A stretch of DNA of 64,000 bases from Parcubacteria group bacterium (GCA_943358385.1 CALRGX010000003.1:2771-66770), one strand, 5' to 3'; shown: positions 1 through 10,277, counted from the first letter of the stretch. Made by a program: numbers and translations. Notes: generated by a model from the sequence alone, not told the origin.

Positions 1-93
1 CGTCGCACTGTTGCAGACGACCGCACTCATGTTCGCCAAGGAATTGGCGGCAGGAGAGGTGGTTGCAGAGCGTCGCTAAGCGACCAGAAAAAG

Positions 94-120
94 AGAGGCC
101 CGCGCAAAGCGCGGGCCTCT
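94..120 (+). terminator. Intrinsic-terminator-like hairpin after an upstream gene that is cut off by the window edge
   Basis: Perfect 12-bp stem AGAGGCCCGCGC-aaa-GCGCGGGCCTCT. Confidence 0.6.
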
Positions 121-186
121 TCATATATTGCTTTATTCAATTTACTGTGTTATAATTAAAAAAGAAGTTCTATAAAGGGGACGCTG

Positions 187-807
187 ATGAACATACGCAT
201 TACGTCGCGCGGCGCGGCGTGGGCAATACTGGCGGTGGCGCTTTTGTCATTTGGTGCGGTAGCGCTTCAAGGCGCATACATTCATCCGAAGCAAGAGACC
301 ACCCAGGTACGTCCTAAAAAATCCGCCGTGAAGGTCCCGACCCAGAAAAAGGTGGAGCCCGCGAAGCAGACACCTCCTGCGCCAACAGACATGGCAAAGG
401 AATTCGACTGCCTCGCGAAGAACATCTACTGGGAGGGGCACACGCAAGGCCTCAATGGTCAGCGTATGATCGGGTACGTGACGGTGAAGCGCAAAGGCGA
501 ACCGTCGTGGCCCAACACTATCTGCGGCGTCGTCCTTCAAAAGAGAGGGAAGACGGCGCAATTCAGCTGGACGATGCAGGTCTCGGCCAAACGCGCCCCA
601 CTCAATCGGGCGAAATGGCTGATCGCACGGGAAGTGGCGCGCGAAGTACTTGCCGGCTGGCAACCAACTAACCCCAAGTTTCGCTGCGCTCGTTTCTATA
701 AGCGCGACGACAACAAGGGAGTATCGCAGAAGAACGCTGACTGGTTCGATCGTGCGCTCCGCAAGGTGGGCACCGTTGAAGATCATGCGTACTACTGCGC
801 AACCTAA
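187..807 (+). CDS. Cell wall hydrolase, SleB/Hydrolase_2 family, with N-terminal signal/anchor
   Basis: Motifs CLAKNIYWEG, WPNTICGVV, AQFSW and a C-terminal H-x-YY; hydrophobic N-terminus; hairpin at 811-835. Confidence 0.85.
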   Translation: MNIRITSRGAAWAILAVALLSFGAVALQGAYIHPKQETTQVRPKKSAVKVPTQKKVEPAKQTPPAPTDMAKEFDCLAKNIYWEGHTQGLNGQRMIGYVTVKRKGEPSWPNTICGVVLQKRGKTAQFSWTMQVSAKRAPLNRAKWLIAREVAREVLAGWQPTNPKFRCARFYKRDDNKGVSQKNADWFDRALRKVGTVEDHAYYCAT

Positions 808-863
808 TACGGAGGGGCCACCATGTGGCCCCTCCTACTTTTTTCATACGATATACTTGATGT

Positions 864-1532
864 ATGCCCTGGGATTCTTTGCACCACGCCTATCTCCTCA
901 CGGGGAGCGATGACGCATATGTGCAGGCGTTGAATTTTCTCTCTGCACATCAGATTACCGTTTCAGGATCCGCTGATGTCTTATATCGCGCCTACGATCG
1001 TTTGGGTATCGATGATGTCGTGCAGATTGTTGAGCGTTCGATAACGCGCCCCGTTGATCTGCCGCGGCGCGTCGTCATCCTCAGTTTTGCCGACGCGACC
1101 ACTGAAGCGCAAAATGCACTTTTGAAAATTTTGGAAGAGCCACCTGCGCCGAGTGTTTTTTTCATCATTACCCCGTCGCCACATGCGCTCCTTTCCACAC
1201 TTCGTTCGCGATTATCAGAAGTCGCTGGAGCGGCAGCAGTACCGATTTCAAACGACGCAAAGCAGTTTGCTGGGGCCAGTGTAGAAATGCGCCTGGAGAC
1301 CATCAAAGAAATGCTGGCAACTAAAGAAGATGACGACGTGCGCACACTCATGAATATCACCACGCTGCTGAATGGAGTGGAGCAGGTAATTGCATCCCAG
1401 CTCACAGAACCGTCGATGCGTCATGGATTGCGTTCCCTCTATGCTGCGAAGCGAGCGCTCACCACACCGGGGGCAGCACTCAAGCCAATGTTGGAGCAGT
1501 TGGCCATACTTTTACCTCGCCTGGGGGCGTAG
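864..1532 (+). CDS. holB: DNA polymerase III delta-prime-like clamp loader subunit (short CPR type)
   Basis: HHAYLLTG, AQNALLKILEEP and LLSTLRSR motifs. Confidence 0.75.
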   Translation: MPWDSLHHAYLLTGSDDAYVQALNFLSAHQITVSGSADVLYRAYDRLGIDDVVQIVERSITRPVDLPRRVVILSFADATTEAQNALLKILEEPPAPSVFFIITPSPHALLSTLRSRLSEVAGAAAVPISNDAKQFAGASVEMRLETIKEMLATKEDDDVRTLMNITTLLNGVEQVIASQLTEPSMRHGLRSLYAAKRALTTPGAALKPMLEQLAILLPRLGA

Positions 1533-1546
1533 TATGATGCAGCTAT

Positions 1547-2098
1547 ATGGCATACGATTTTAAACAATTAGATAGCAAGTTGGTGGGGACCAAGGAATGG
1601 CTCGCGAGCGAGTATCAAAGTTTGCGTACCGGGCGTGCAGCACCTTCGCTTCTTGATGGGGTACATGTAGAAGCGTACGGCTCACGAACACCGTTGAAGC
1701 AGGTGGCCAACGTGGGCGTAGAAGATCCGCGCACCTTGGCGGTGAGCCCCTTTGATCCGGGGCTTTTGAAGGACGTTGAGCGTGCGATTACAGCGGCGAA
1801 CCTGGGGGTGGGAACCTCAGTGAATGGGCAGATCATCCGCGTGTCGTTTCCTGAACTGACGACCGAGCGCCGCACGGAACTGGTGAAGGTAGCCAAGGCA
1901 AAACTCGAAGACTCGCGTGTCGCTGTGCGTGGTATCAGAAATGAAGTCAGCGACGACATCGAGGCGAAAGAGAAGGCGGGTGAGATAAGTGAAGACGAGA
2001 AATTCAAGCTAAAAGAGGACATGCAAAAAAAGATTGATGTGGCGAATCAAGGGCTTGAGCAGCTGTTCAAGCGCAAGGAAGACGAGATGATGCTGTAA
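1547..2098 (+). CDS. frr: Ribosome recycling factor
   Basis: LRTGRAAPSLLD, FPELTTERR, ISEDE motifs; 183 aa. Confidence 0.97.
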   Translation: MAYDFKQLDSKLVGTKEWLASEYQSLRTGRAAPSLLDGVHVEAYGSRTPLKQVANVGVEDPRTLAVSPFDPGLLKDVERAITAANLGVGTSVNGQIIRVSFPELTTERRTELVKVAKAKLEDSRVAVRGIRNEVSDDIEAKEKAGEISEDEKFKLKEDMQKKIDVANQGLEQLFKRKEDEMML

Positions 2099-2189
2099 AA
2101 ATATCTCAGATTTCACCTATGAGATCTCAAAAATGAATCCTCATCCACCATTCTGTTTTTTTTAATTCTAATTTCTAATTTATCTGCTC

Positions 2190-3281
2190 ATGTCTGCACT
2201 CATACTTATAGCAATCCTCGTGGTCCTCATCGTGGCGCACGAATTCGGGCACTTCATTGCGGCAAAACTCTCGGGTGTTCGCGTGGAAGAATTTGGTGTG
2301 GGGTATCCACCGCGTGCGCTTACCCTGGCGACTATTCGTGGCACCGAGTACACGCTCAACTGGCTGCCTTTTGGAGGATTTGTACGCTTGCTTGAAGAGG
2401 ACGGCATGGAGCTTGATCCACGTGCAGCAAAGCGCGCCGGCAGTTTTGCGGCCGCACCGCGCTGGAAGCAGGCGGTGATTCTTGCGGCAGGAGTTTTTTG
2501 TAATGTGCTGGCAGGCTGGCTCTTGTTTGCGGGAGCATTGACGGTGGGTTTGCCGGCGGCAGTGGCACCTGAAACAGAAGGCGCGCAGCTGATCATTAGT
2601 GGCGTGATGCCAGGCTCTCCTGCAGATGTAGGCGGACTGCGTGGTGGCGATGTGCTTTTGCAAGTCTCCCAAGGAGGCGCTCGTGCGACTCTTGATCCCG
2701 AAGGAGTGTCGACATTTATTGGTGCGCGCGGCGGTAAAGAAATCTCATTTCAAATTGAACGAGCTGATGTGGTGGAAGAGTATGCAGTACAGCCAGCCCA
2801 TGCGGTCATCCCAGGGGATGCATCAAAACCAGCAGTAGGCGTGGAATTGGCGATGGTTGCATACACCAAACTGCCGTTTGGTGAGGCGCTTGTTGAGGCA
2901 GCAGAAAATACGTGGAGCTCGCTCAAAAGTATTGTCGTTGGTTTGGGCACCCTGATTCGAGATGCATTTAATGCGGAAGCAAAATTGAATACGCTGGTGG
3001 GTCCGGTTGGGCTGACTTCAATTGTGGGCGATGCGGCGGGGCAAGGTATTGGACAAATTCTCGCCCTGGCTGCGTTCATTTCGCTTAACCTTGCAGTCAT
3101 CAACCTGTTGCCGATTCCAGCTCTTGATGGTGGAAGGCTTGTATTTGTGGGCATCGAAACGATCATTCGTCGTCGCATTCCGACGATTGTTTCGCAAATT
3201 CTCAACACCGTTGGTTTCTTGGCCATCGTACTTTTGATGGTGGCGATTACGGTCCAGGATGTGGCGAAGTTGGTTGGGTAG
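2190..3281 (+). CDS. rseP: RseP/RasP M50 intramembrane zinc metalloprotease with PDZ domain
   Basis: HEFGH zinc motif, NLLPIPALDGG, central PDZ-like GSPA..GGL. Confidence 0.93.
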   Translation: MSALILIAILVVLIVAHEFGHFIAAKLSGVRVEEFGVGYPPRALTLATIRGTEYTLNWLPFGGFVRLLEEDGMELDPRAAKRAGSFAAAPRWKQAVILAAGVFCNVLAGWLLFAGALTVGLPAAVAPETEGAQLIISGVMPGSPADVGGLRGGDVLLQVSQGGARATLDPEGVSTFIGARGGKEISFQIERADVVEEYAVQPAHAVIPGDASKPAVGVELAMVAYTKLPFGEALVEAAENTWSSLKSIVVGLGTLIRDAFNAEAKLNTLVGPVGLTSIVGDAAGQGIGQILALAAFISLNLAVINLLPIPALDGGRLVFVGIETIIRRRIPTIVSQILNTVGFLAIVLLMVAITVQDVAKLVG

Positions 3282-3410
3282 GAGAAGGTACAAGGGAGAA
3301 GTAAGTAGGGTCTAGGAAAGGCGGAAAGAAAGCAGGGGAAAAGTGCGAGGTGGAAGGTGGCAGGAAAAGCAGAGGCAAAAAACAAAATCCAAGACAGAAG
3401 TAGATACAGA

Positions 3411-3435
3411 AAGCGGGCGCCGTAGGCGCCCGCTT
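3411..3435. terminator. Bidirectional terminator-like hairpin between rseP and a convergent gene
   Basis: AAGCGGGCGCC-gta-GGCGCCCGCTT. Confidence 0.6.
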
Positions 3436-3441
3436 CGGGTT

Positions 3442-3834
3442 TCAAAAGGGAAGCAGTGGCTGAACAAGAAATGCTTCCTTTGTAGAGAGTACGTGTCCAA
3501 TGCCCCGATACTCGAGCAGCTGAATTTCGTAGTTGCCGCAGGTGCAGAACACGTCTTCGAGTATGTCGGTAGGAACCTGAGCCGTGAACAGAAGCGCACG
3601 TGTGCGTCCATGTTCCCGTGCAGGCAAGGACACTGGTTTTGCAAACTGCCAATGTTCTCGCCCCGCTTCCAAACCGAAGTGAGTTCGTGCGGCGGACGCC
3701 ACTACCGATTCATCAAGAACCGTGCTGGCATCGAATACGAGCCGCGGCACGCGCCATGATGCGTGTTCGACACACTTGCGGACGACCAGTAGTTCATCTG
3801 TACTGTGGATGCAGGCGACCACGATTTGCGTCAT
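3442..3834 (-). CDS. Hypothetical protein, possibly a degenerate Nudix fold
   Basis: GGGAG SD before the ATG at 3834; stop lies next to the hairpin; pattern LLVVRK..W.VP...ESVVASAAR..FGL. Confidence 0.55.
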   Translation of the reverse strand: MTQIVVACIHSTDELLVVRKCVEHASWRVPRLVFDASTVLDESVVASAARTHFGLEAGREHWQFAKPVSLPAREHGRTRALLFTAQVPTDILEDVFCTCGNYEIQLLEYRGIGHVLSTKEAFLVQPLLPF

Positions 3835-3929
3835 GGATATCTCCCAAATGAGCCATGTGCACAATCCCACGCGCAACATACATAGTCAATTTTGGTCTTT
3901 TCGAAAAGGGGCGTACAATGAGTAAAAAT

Positions 3930-5177
3930 ATGAAGCAAACACAGCTCTTCACCAAAACAAGAAAAGACGCGCCAGCCGACGAAGTGGCCAAGAACGCGCA
4001 GCTCTTGATTCGCGCAGGATACATTCACAAAGAGATGGCCGGTGTCTATTCATACCTGCCATTGGGTTTGCGCGTGCTCAAGAAAATCGAGCAGGTCATC
4101 CGTGAAGAAATGAATAAGATTAACGGGCAGGAATTGTTTCTTTCTTCGCTTCATCCGAAAGAACGCTGGGAGGCAACCGGACGCTGGGACAGCCTGGACG
4201 TACTGTTTAAACTGAAGGACACGCTTGATCGTGAGTACGCGCTCGGTGCAACGCACGAGGAAATCATTACGCCGCTCGCGCAAGAGTACATTTCATCATA
4301 TCGCGACCTACCTTTCGCGGCGTATCAATTTCAAAATAAGTTCCGTGCTGAAGTCCGTTCGAAATCAGGCATCATGCGTGGACGCGAATTTATCATGAAA
4401 GATTTGTACTCGTTCCACGTGTCGCAGGAAGATCTCGATCAGTACTACGAGCGGGCGGTTGCGGCATACTTGCGCGTATTTGAGCGCTGTGGGCTCGGTG
4501 CACAGACATACCTTACCTATGCCAGTGGCGGTACCTTTTCAAAATACAGTCACGAATTTCAAACGCTTACTGATGCGGGGGAAGATATCATTCATCTCTG
4601 TGATACCTGCAAAGTGGCGGTAAACGAAGAAATTATTGCCGAGCAACCTGCTTGTCCGAAATGTGGCGGTGCACTTACCCCTCAAAAAGCAGCCGAGACG
4701 GGGAACATTTTCAAGCTCGGTACCAAATACTCGGCAGCCTTTAACCTCACCTTTAAAGACGCGGAAGGAAAAGAACAGCCGGTCATTATGGGTTGCTATG
4801 GGATTGGCCTGGGGCGCTTGATGGGTACTGCAGTAGAAGTGCTCTCCGATACAAAAGGAATTGTGTGGCCTCGCGAAATCGCGCCGTTTAAAGTGCACCT
4901 CATTTCGATTGCCGGTAAATCAGACGAAGCCATCAAAGAAGCAACGCGCGTATACGATGATCTGATTGAACACGGTGTGGAAGTCCTGTGGGATGATCGC
5001 GATGCACGCGCAGGAGAAAAATTCGCTGATGCTGATCTGATTGGTATCCCTTTGCGTCTGGTCGTGTCGGAACGCTCTATTGCCGAGGGTGGGTATGAAC
5101 TTACTGAGCGGAAAACAGGGCAGAGTAAATTGGTGCCCGAGAGTATGCTCCTGCAGACACTGAAATCAAACGTATGA
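3930..5177 (+). CDS. proS: Prolyl-tRNA synthetase (short type, no editing insertion)
   Basis: AQLLIRAGYI, THEE, GIMRGREFIMKD, MGCYGIG, GEKFADADLIGIP; start chosen at MKQTQLF. Confidence 0.96.
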   Translation: MKQTQLFTKTRKDAPADEVAKNAQLLIRAGYIHKEMAGVYSYLPLGLRVLKKIEQVIREEMNKINGQELFLSSLHPKERWEATGRWDSLDVLFKLKDTLDREYALGATHEEIITPLAQEYISSYRDLPFAAYQFQNKFRAEVRSKSGIMRGREFIMKDLYSFHVSQEDLDQYYERAVAAYLRVFERCGLGAQTYLTYASGGTFSKYSHEFQTLTDAGEDIIHLCDTCKVAVNEEIIAEQPACPKCGGALTPQKAAETGNIFKLGTKYSAAFNLTFKDAEGKEQPVIMGCYGIGLGRLMGTAVEVLSDTKGIVWPREIAPFKVHLISIAGKSDEAIKEATRVYDDLIEHGVEVLWDDRDARAGEKFADADLIGIPLRLVVSERSIAEGGYELTERKTGQSKLVPESMLLQTLKSNV

Positions 5178-6253
5178 GTACGGAGAACTCATTCACACAA
5201 TTTAAAGACCGCTTTCTCTCGCGTTTTTCAAACGACATCGGCATCGATTTAGGGACGGCTAATACACTGGTGTATGTGAAGGGGCGCGGCGTGGTGGTCA
5301 ATGAACCATCGATTGTCGCCATGAACCAGAAGACGGGGCAAGTGGTTGCCGTGGGGCAGCAGGCGCGCGACATGCTGGGCCGTACTCCTTCACACATTGT
5401 TGCGGTAAAGCCACTCGTCGACGGAGTGATTTCTGATTTCGAAGTGACCGAAGAGATGCTCTCGTACTTGATCAGCAAGGCACAGGGGCCGCACACGAAA
5501 TTTCTCGGGCCGCGCGTGGTGGTGGGGGTGCCTTCGGGCATCACCTCGGTAGAGGTGAGAGCCGTGCGTGACGCAGCTCGCAATGCAGGTGCGCGCGAGG
5601 TGCACATTATAGAGGAGCCACTTGCCGCAGCAATCGGGATTGGGCTCCCAGTACATGCCGCAACAGGAAGTATGATTATCGATATTGGCGGTGGCACCAC
5701 CGATATTGGAGTGGTATCACTCGGCGGCCTGGTGAGTGCACGCAATGTGCGCATCGCAGGGGAAAAGCTCAACACCGACATCATTTCATACATACGCAAT
5801 GAATTTAAAATATTGGTAGGCGAAAAAAGCGCCGAGGAACTGAAGATTGCTGTTTCATCGGTGTCGCTCAAGGATGCTCCGCTCGAAGCAATTATCCGCG
5901 GGCGTGACCTCATCACTGGCTTGCCGCGTGAAGTGATGGTGACGGACTCGGATGTGAGGAACGCTATCGGTCACTCTATCGAAGAGCTGATTGATGCGGT
6001 GAAAGAGGTCCTGGAGACGACGCCGCCAGAGGTCCTCGCAGATGTCATGCAGCGCGGTGTGTTTCTTGCGGGCGGTGGCGCGCTTATTCGCGGGTTGCCA
6101 GAATTACTTGCTGAATCGATTGGGATGCCGGTCAAGGTTGCCCCCGATCCTTTAACTGCAGTGGTGCGTGGTACGGGCATGGTCTTAGACGACATTGATG
6201 CATATCGCGAAACACTCCTTACCTCCGATGATGAACTCGCGCCGAAACAGTAA
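5174..6253 (+). CDS. mreB: Rod shape-determining protein MreB
   Basis: DIGIDLGTANT, IDIGGGTT, LAGGGAL. Confidence 0.97.
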   Translation: MSTENSFTQFKDRFLSRFSNDIGIDLGTANTLVYVKGRGVVVNEPSIVAMNQKTGQVVAVGQQARDMLGRTPSHIVAVKPLVDGVISDFEVTEEMLSYLISKAQGPHTKFLGPRVVVGVPSGITSVEVRAVRDAARNAGAREVHIIEEPLAAAIGIGLPVHAATGSMIIDIGGGTTDIGVVSLGGLVSARNVRIAGEKLNTDIISYIRNEFKILVGEKSAEELKIAVSSVSLKDAPLEAIIRGRDLITGLPREVMVTDSDVRNAIGHSIEELIDAVKEVLETTPPEVLADVMQRGVFLAGGGALIRGLPELLAESIGMPVKVAPDPLTAVVRGTGMVLDDIDAYRETLLTSDDELAPKQ

Positions 6254-7031
6254 TAGCAGCAAAGTACGCTTGGGCATGTTTGCGCTGGTGCTCGTGGCGG
6301 TGCTCTTTTTTGCTACCGAGTATTTTTCGGGTGGCGCGATTCGCGCAGGTGCCCGTGATGTGGCGGCGGTCGTGTGGGGCACGTCGCGCAGCACCTACGA
6401 CACCACGGGAGCAAGTGGTTTTTTCAAATCTAAAGTGGTGTTGGCAAAAGAGAATCAAGCACTCCGAAAGGAGCGCGACGCACTTTTAACGATGCAGTTT
6501 CAAAACGATGTACTCCGCTCTGAAAATGCGTCTCTGCGCGCATTTCTGAATGCACATGAAGCACATCCTGACGGCATCGTGGCAGCAGTTTTGTCGCGCC
6601 CTGGTATTTCTCCGTACGATACGTTTGTGATTGGCATGGGTGAGGGCGATGGAGTGACGGTGGGCGATTGGGTATTGGTTGCACCGGGATTGGTGATTGG
6701 AGAAATCAAAGAGGTAGGGGCACAAACTGCATTGGTGTCACTTTTTTCAGCACCAGGGTATGCGAAAGAAGTACTGTTGCGTGAAGCACTGTTGACCTAC
6801 ACCGGTCAAGGGAGTGGCGGCGGTGTGGTGCAGGCTCCACGTGACTTAGAGGTGCAAGTGGGGGACCTCATCTATCTCGCGAATAGCGGGCTCTCACTCG
6901 GTGTGGTGGGTCACGTCTCTGCCAAACCAGAAGACGCCTATCACGAAGTATTGATTGCGCCCCCGGCAAATCTTCCGGCCCTCCGCTTTGTCGAGGTGGT
7001 ACACCCGCAGGTGGCGGCAGTGCAAGAGTAG
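6228..7031 (+). CDS. mreC: Rod shape-determining protein MreC
   Basis: Transmembrane helix, coiled coil (ENQALR, ENASLR) and beta domain; directly after mreB; start uncertain. Confidence 0.85.
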   Translation: MMNSRRNSNSSKVRLGMFALVLVAVLFFATEYFSGGAIRAGARDVAAVVWGTSRSTYDTTGASGFFKSKVVLAKENQALRKERDALLTMQFQNDVLRSENASLRAFLNAHEAHPDGIVAAVLSRPGISPYDTFVIGMGEGDGVTVGDWVLVAPGLVIGEIKEVGAQTALVSLFSAPGYAKEVLLREALLTYTGQGSGGGVVQAPRDLEVQVGDLIYLANSGLSLGVVGHVSAKPEDAYHEVLIAPPANLPALRFVEVVHPQVAAVQE

Positions 7032-7038
7032 CGTCTGT

Positions 7039-7293
7039 ATGATACGCGCGTTTATTTCCGGAGTTGCCATGGCGAGCGTCTTTTTTGCTCCCGCATGGGT
7101 GCCACTTTTGACGGTGGGAATGTTGGCGCTGCGGTTTGCGGCATGGGAAGCAGTGTTGGTTGGTTTTCTGGTAGACCTGCTCTACGCACCTGGTGGTTTT
7201 TTCTGGGGCATTCCGATGCCTGCAACGCTTTTGATGCTGGTGGTGGTCATCGCGCTCTACCCATGGCGCACACAGTTGGCTGTCAGCCGCTGA
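7039..7293 (+). CDS. Small membrane protein at the mreD position
   Basis: Three hydrophobic segments with GFLVDL; lies between mreC and the PBP2 gene. Confidence 0.6.
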   Translation: MIRAFISGVAMASVFFAPAWVPLLTVGMLALRFAAWEAVLVGFLVDLLYAPGGFFWGIPMPATLLMLVVVIALYPWRTQLAVSR

Positions 7294-7349
7294 TTCGCCA
7301 TTATGCCTTCATATTTCCATAGCGAACGGTCGACGGGTATACTCTCTTC

Positions 7350-9011
7350 ATGGCACGCTTTCGACAAGCGATGATTGATCCAGAAAATATTTTTCTGGAT
7401 TCACAAAACATGGCAGAGTTCGACACGGCCCATTTTGAAGGGCGTGTTGAAAAGCCAGTCGCTCCTTCGGCGCTCTACGCGATCGGTGTGGTGTTTTTGA
7501 TTGCGGCGGCGCTCTTTTTGTACAAGATGTTTGATTTGCAAATTGTACAGGGTGCACAATACGCGCTCGCGGCGCAGGAAAATACACTCGCATACTCACT
7601 GGTGTTTGCGGAGCGTGGCATTTTGTACGACCGCACGGGGAAGGAATTGGCATGGAACGAGCCTGGTGAATATTTTGCGCGTCGCGCGTACAGCCTGCTC
7701 CCCGGGTTGGCGCATGTATTGGGGTATGTGCAGTATCCAAAGGCTGATGGTTCTGGTTTGTGGTGGCGCACCGAATATGCGGGCATCGCGGGTGCGGAAA
7801 AGGCCTTCGACCGTGAGCTCTCGGGTATCAATGGAAAAGAAATGGTGGAGGTGGACGCACATGGTGCGGTTGCACGGGGGCACGTGGTGGAACAACCCCA
7901 AGACGGTCAATCACTTCGCTTGAGTATCGACGCAGAGGTACAAAGCAAGTTACATACGACCATGGCTGCGCACGCGGCCAACAATCGCTTTCAAGGAGGG
8001 GCAGCAGTCATCATGGATGTGCGCACCGGCGAACTTTTAGCGCTCACTAGTTTTCCTGAGTTTACCCCGCAGCCGCTCGTTGATGGTGATTCCGAGAAAG
8101 TCGCTGCCTTTGCGAATGACCCGGCGAAGCCTTTTCTTGACCGTGCCATTTCCGGCGTATATACACCAGGCTCGATTGTGAAGCCACTCTTTGCTGCCGC
8201 CGCGCTGGCTGAAGGCATCATTTCACCAGACAAATCAATTTTTAGCCCAGGCTATATCACTATCCCGAACCCATACCATCCAGAGTTACCAACGATTATG
8301 AAAGACTGGCGGGCGCACGGATGGACCACGATGCGCAAAGCAATCGAGGTATCGTCTGACGTGTATTTTTACTCGATTGGCGGTGGGTACGAAGATCAAA
8401 AAGGGCTCGGCATCACCAAGCTTGATGAATACGCGCTCCGTTTTGGACTGGGAAAAGAAACAGGCGTTCCGCTTGAAGGGGAGGTGGTGGGCACTATCCC
8501 TACGCCTGCATGGAAGAAGGAAATTTTTGGTGCTGATGAAGAATGGCGCCTAGGAGATACGTACAACACATCGATTGGGCAGTATGGATTTCAGGTGACG
8601 CCCATTCAAATGGCGCGTGCAATCGCCTCTATTGCCAATGGTGGGACGTTACTCACGCCGCAGCTGCATGCCAGCTCCACTGCGCAAGGAACTGATATTG
8701 GCATCGATGCTGCGCAACTGAAAATAATTCGTGAAGGCATGCGCCAGGCGGTTGCCGGTGACGCCGGGACTGCACGTGCGCTGAATATATCTGGTATACA
8801 CATCGCCGGTAAAACAGGTACCGCTGAATTGGGAAATCGGAAGCAGTACATGAACTCGTGGGTGGTGGGATTTTGGCCGATGGAAAATCCTCGCTACTCC
8901 TTTGCTGTGGTGTTGGAACACGCGCCTGCAGGCACGCTCTCAGGAGCTTCGCCCGGCATGCGTGGTTTTTTTGAGTGGCTCGTCGCCACAAAACCAGAGT
9001 ACGTGCAGTAA
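7350..9011 (+). CDS. mrdA: Penicillin-binding protein 2 (class B transpeptidase)
   Basis: RGILYDR, PGSIVKP (SxxK), SSD (SxN variant), KTGTAE. Confidence 0.9.
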   Translation: MARFRQAMIDPENIFLDSQNMAEFDTAHFEGRVEKPVAPSALYAIGVVFLIAAALFLYKMFDLQIVQGAQYALAAQENTLAYSLVFAERGILYDRTGKELAWNEPGEYFARRAYSLLPGLAHVLGYVQYPKADGSGLWWRTEYAGIAGAEKAFDRELSGINGKEMVEVDAHGAVARGHVVEQPQDGQSLRLSIDAEVQSKLHTTMAAHAANNRFQGGAAVIMDVRTGELLALTSFPEFTPQPLVDGDSEKVAAFANDPAKPFLDRAISGVYTPGSIVKPLFAAAALAEGIISPDKSIFSPGYITIPNPYHPELPTIMKDWRAHGWTTMRKAIEVSSDVYFYSIGGGYEDQKGLGITKLDEYALRFGLGKETGVPLEGEVVGTIPTPAWKKEIFGADEEWRLGDTYNTSIGQYGFQVTPIQMARAIASIANGGTLLTPQLHASSTAQGTDIGIDAAQLKIIREGMRQAVAGDAGTARALNISGIHIAGKTGTAELGNRKQYMNSWVVGFWPMENPRYSFAVVLEHAPAGTLSGASPGMRGFFEWLVATKPEYVQ

Positions 9012-9144
9012 CGTGTTTTTCGCAAGACTCGTACGAGAGGGAAGCCAAGTCTGCACCTCCCGCTCGCGCACCTCTTCATGATGGGCGCAAAAATTGTCCA
9101 CTTTGCTTTTCCTGGGGACAGGGTACAATGACCCCCATAGCTCT

Positions 9145-9612
9145 ATGAATGAAAACAACAACTACCTGACTCAGGAAAAGTTCGATGAATTGACGGCGGA
9201 ACTTAACCATTTGAAAACGGTGCGCCGCAAAGAAATTGCAGAGCAGCTCGAATACGCACGGTCTCTCGGGGATCTCTCAGAAAATGCTGAATACCAGGAA
9301 GCGCGCAACTTGCAGGGCGCAACCGAAGACCGCGTACGTCAGCTCGAGGCAGCCCTTGCACACGTGCAGATTATCGAGCACGCTAAGAGCAGCAAAATCA
9401 CCTTGGGCAGTGTCGCCACCATCCAAAAGCAGGGCGAAAAGGAAGAGCACACATATGAAATTGTGGGATCGGCCGAAGCAAACATGCTGGAAAGAAAGAT
9501 TTCACACCTCTCACCGATGGGCGCAGCTTTGATGGGGAAGAAGAAGGGAGATTCTTTTGAGTTCGACACGCCGAAAGGGAAGCAAAAGTATAAAATCATT
9601 GCTCTGAAATAG
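9145..9612 (+). CDS. greA: Transcription elongation factor GreA
   Basis: GDLSENAEY, ISHLSPMGAALMG. Confidence 0.97.
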   Translation: MNENNNYLTQEKFDELTAELNHLKTVRRKEIAEQLEYARSLGDLSENAEYQEARNLQGATEDRVRQLEAALAHVQIIEHAKSSKITLGSVATIQKQGEKEEHTYEIVGSAEANMLERKISHLSPMGAALMGKKKGDSFEFDTPKGKQKYKIIALK

Positions 9613-9625
9613 GTGTAACCTCGTA

Positions 9626-9666
9626 CATAAAAGCAAGCCCTCGCCATGCGAGGGTTTGCTTTTATG
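9626..9666 (+). terminator. Intrinsic terminator after greA
   Basis: CATAAAAGCAAGCCCTCGC / GCGAGGGTTTGCTTTTATG stem. Confidence 0.7.
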
Positions 9667-9714
9667 TGAATATATAGTATAATACTGCTGGTTTCCTCAA
9701 CTTGGGAGTTCACG

Positions 9715-9924
9715 ATGACCATCGAAGGTCTGTGGATACTACGTGATGCAGTGAGCAAGGCGGGGCAAGTACTTGCCGCCGGGGCCATGGTTGCCTCGTT
9801 GGTGGTTCTGCCGCATGGTTTTGCAGCTTTGGGTCAGGCATGGGCGGATCTGCCCTGCTTCGCCTACCTGTGCCTCACCGTATCATGCCTCCTCTTCGAG
9901 GACTGCCTGAGACCGGTTGAATAA
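9715..9924 (+). CDS. Small hypothetical membrane protein
   Basis: GGGAG SD, upstream TATAAT, two hydrophobic stretches, downstream hairpin GCGGGCACC/GGTGCCCGC. Confidence 0.5.
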   Translation: MTIEGLWILRDAVSKAGQVLAAGAMVASLVVLPHGFAALGQAWADLPCFAYLCLTVSCLLFEDCLRPVE

Positions 9925-10277
9925 CTTGTCTCAGGCCACCTATCTCTGCGCGGGCACCTCTGGTGCCCGCGTTCTGTATTAGTGCGATGGTTCTGTCCTT
10001 TTTTCTGTCATTCCTACCACCTACCACCTCGCACCTTCTGCTTCCTCTCTTGTTTTTCTTCTCCCCTAGACGCTATACGCTTTTTCCCTGCGTCTAGTTT
10101 TCCTTATACGCTAACCCCTACTCCCTTGTTTTCTGTTCTTCCTCCCACCTGTAACCTTCCACCTCTTACCTCTGCTTCGTTCCCCCGACGCTGTACGCTT
10201 TTCCCTTGCTTCTAGTTTTCCTCGCACCTGAAACCTGCGACCTCGCACCTTCTCCCTCCTCCCTATATACTGCCCAT

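Noticed and set aside
3343-3759. 138-aa + strand ORF
   Set aside because: It starts in a low-complexity purine tract and runs through a terminator hairpin; the - strand ORF has better start and stop signals.
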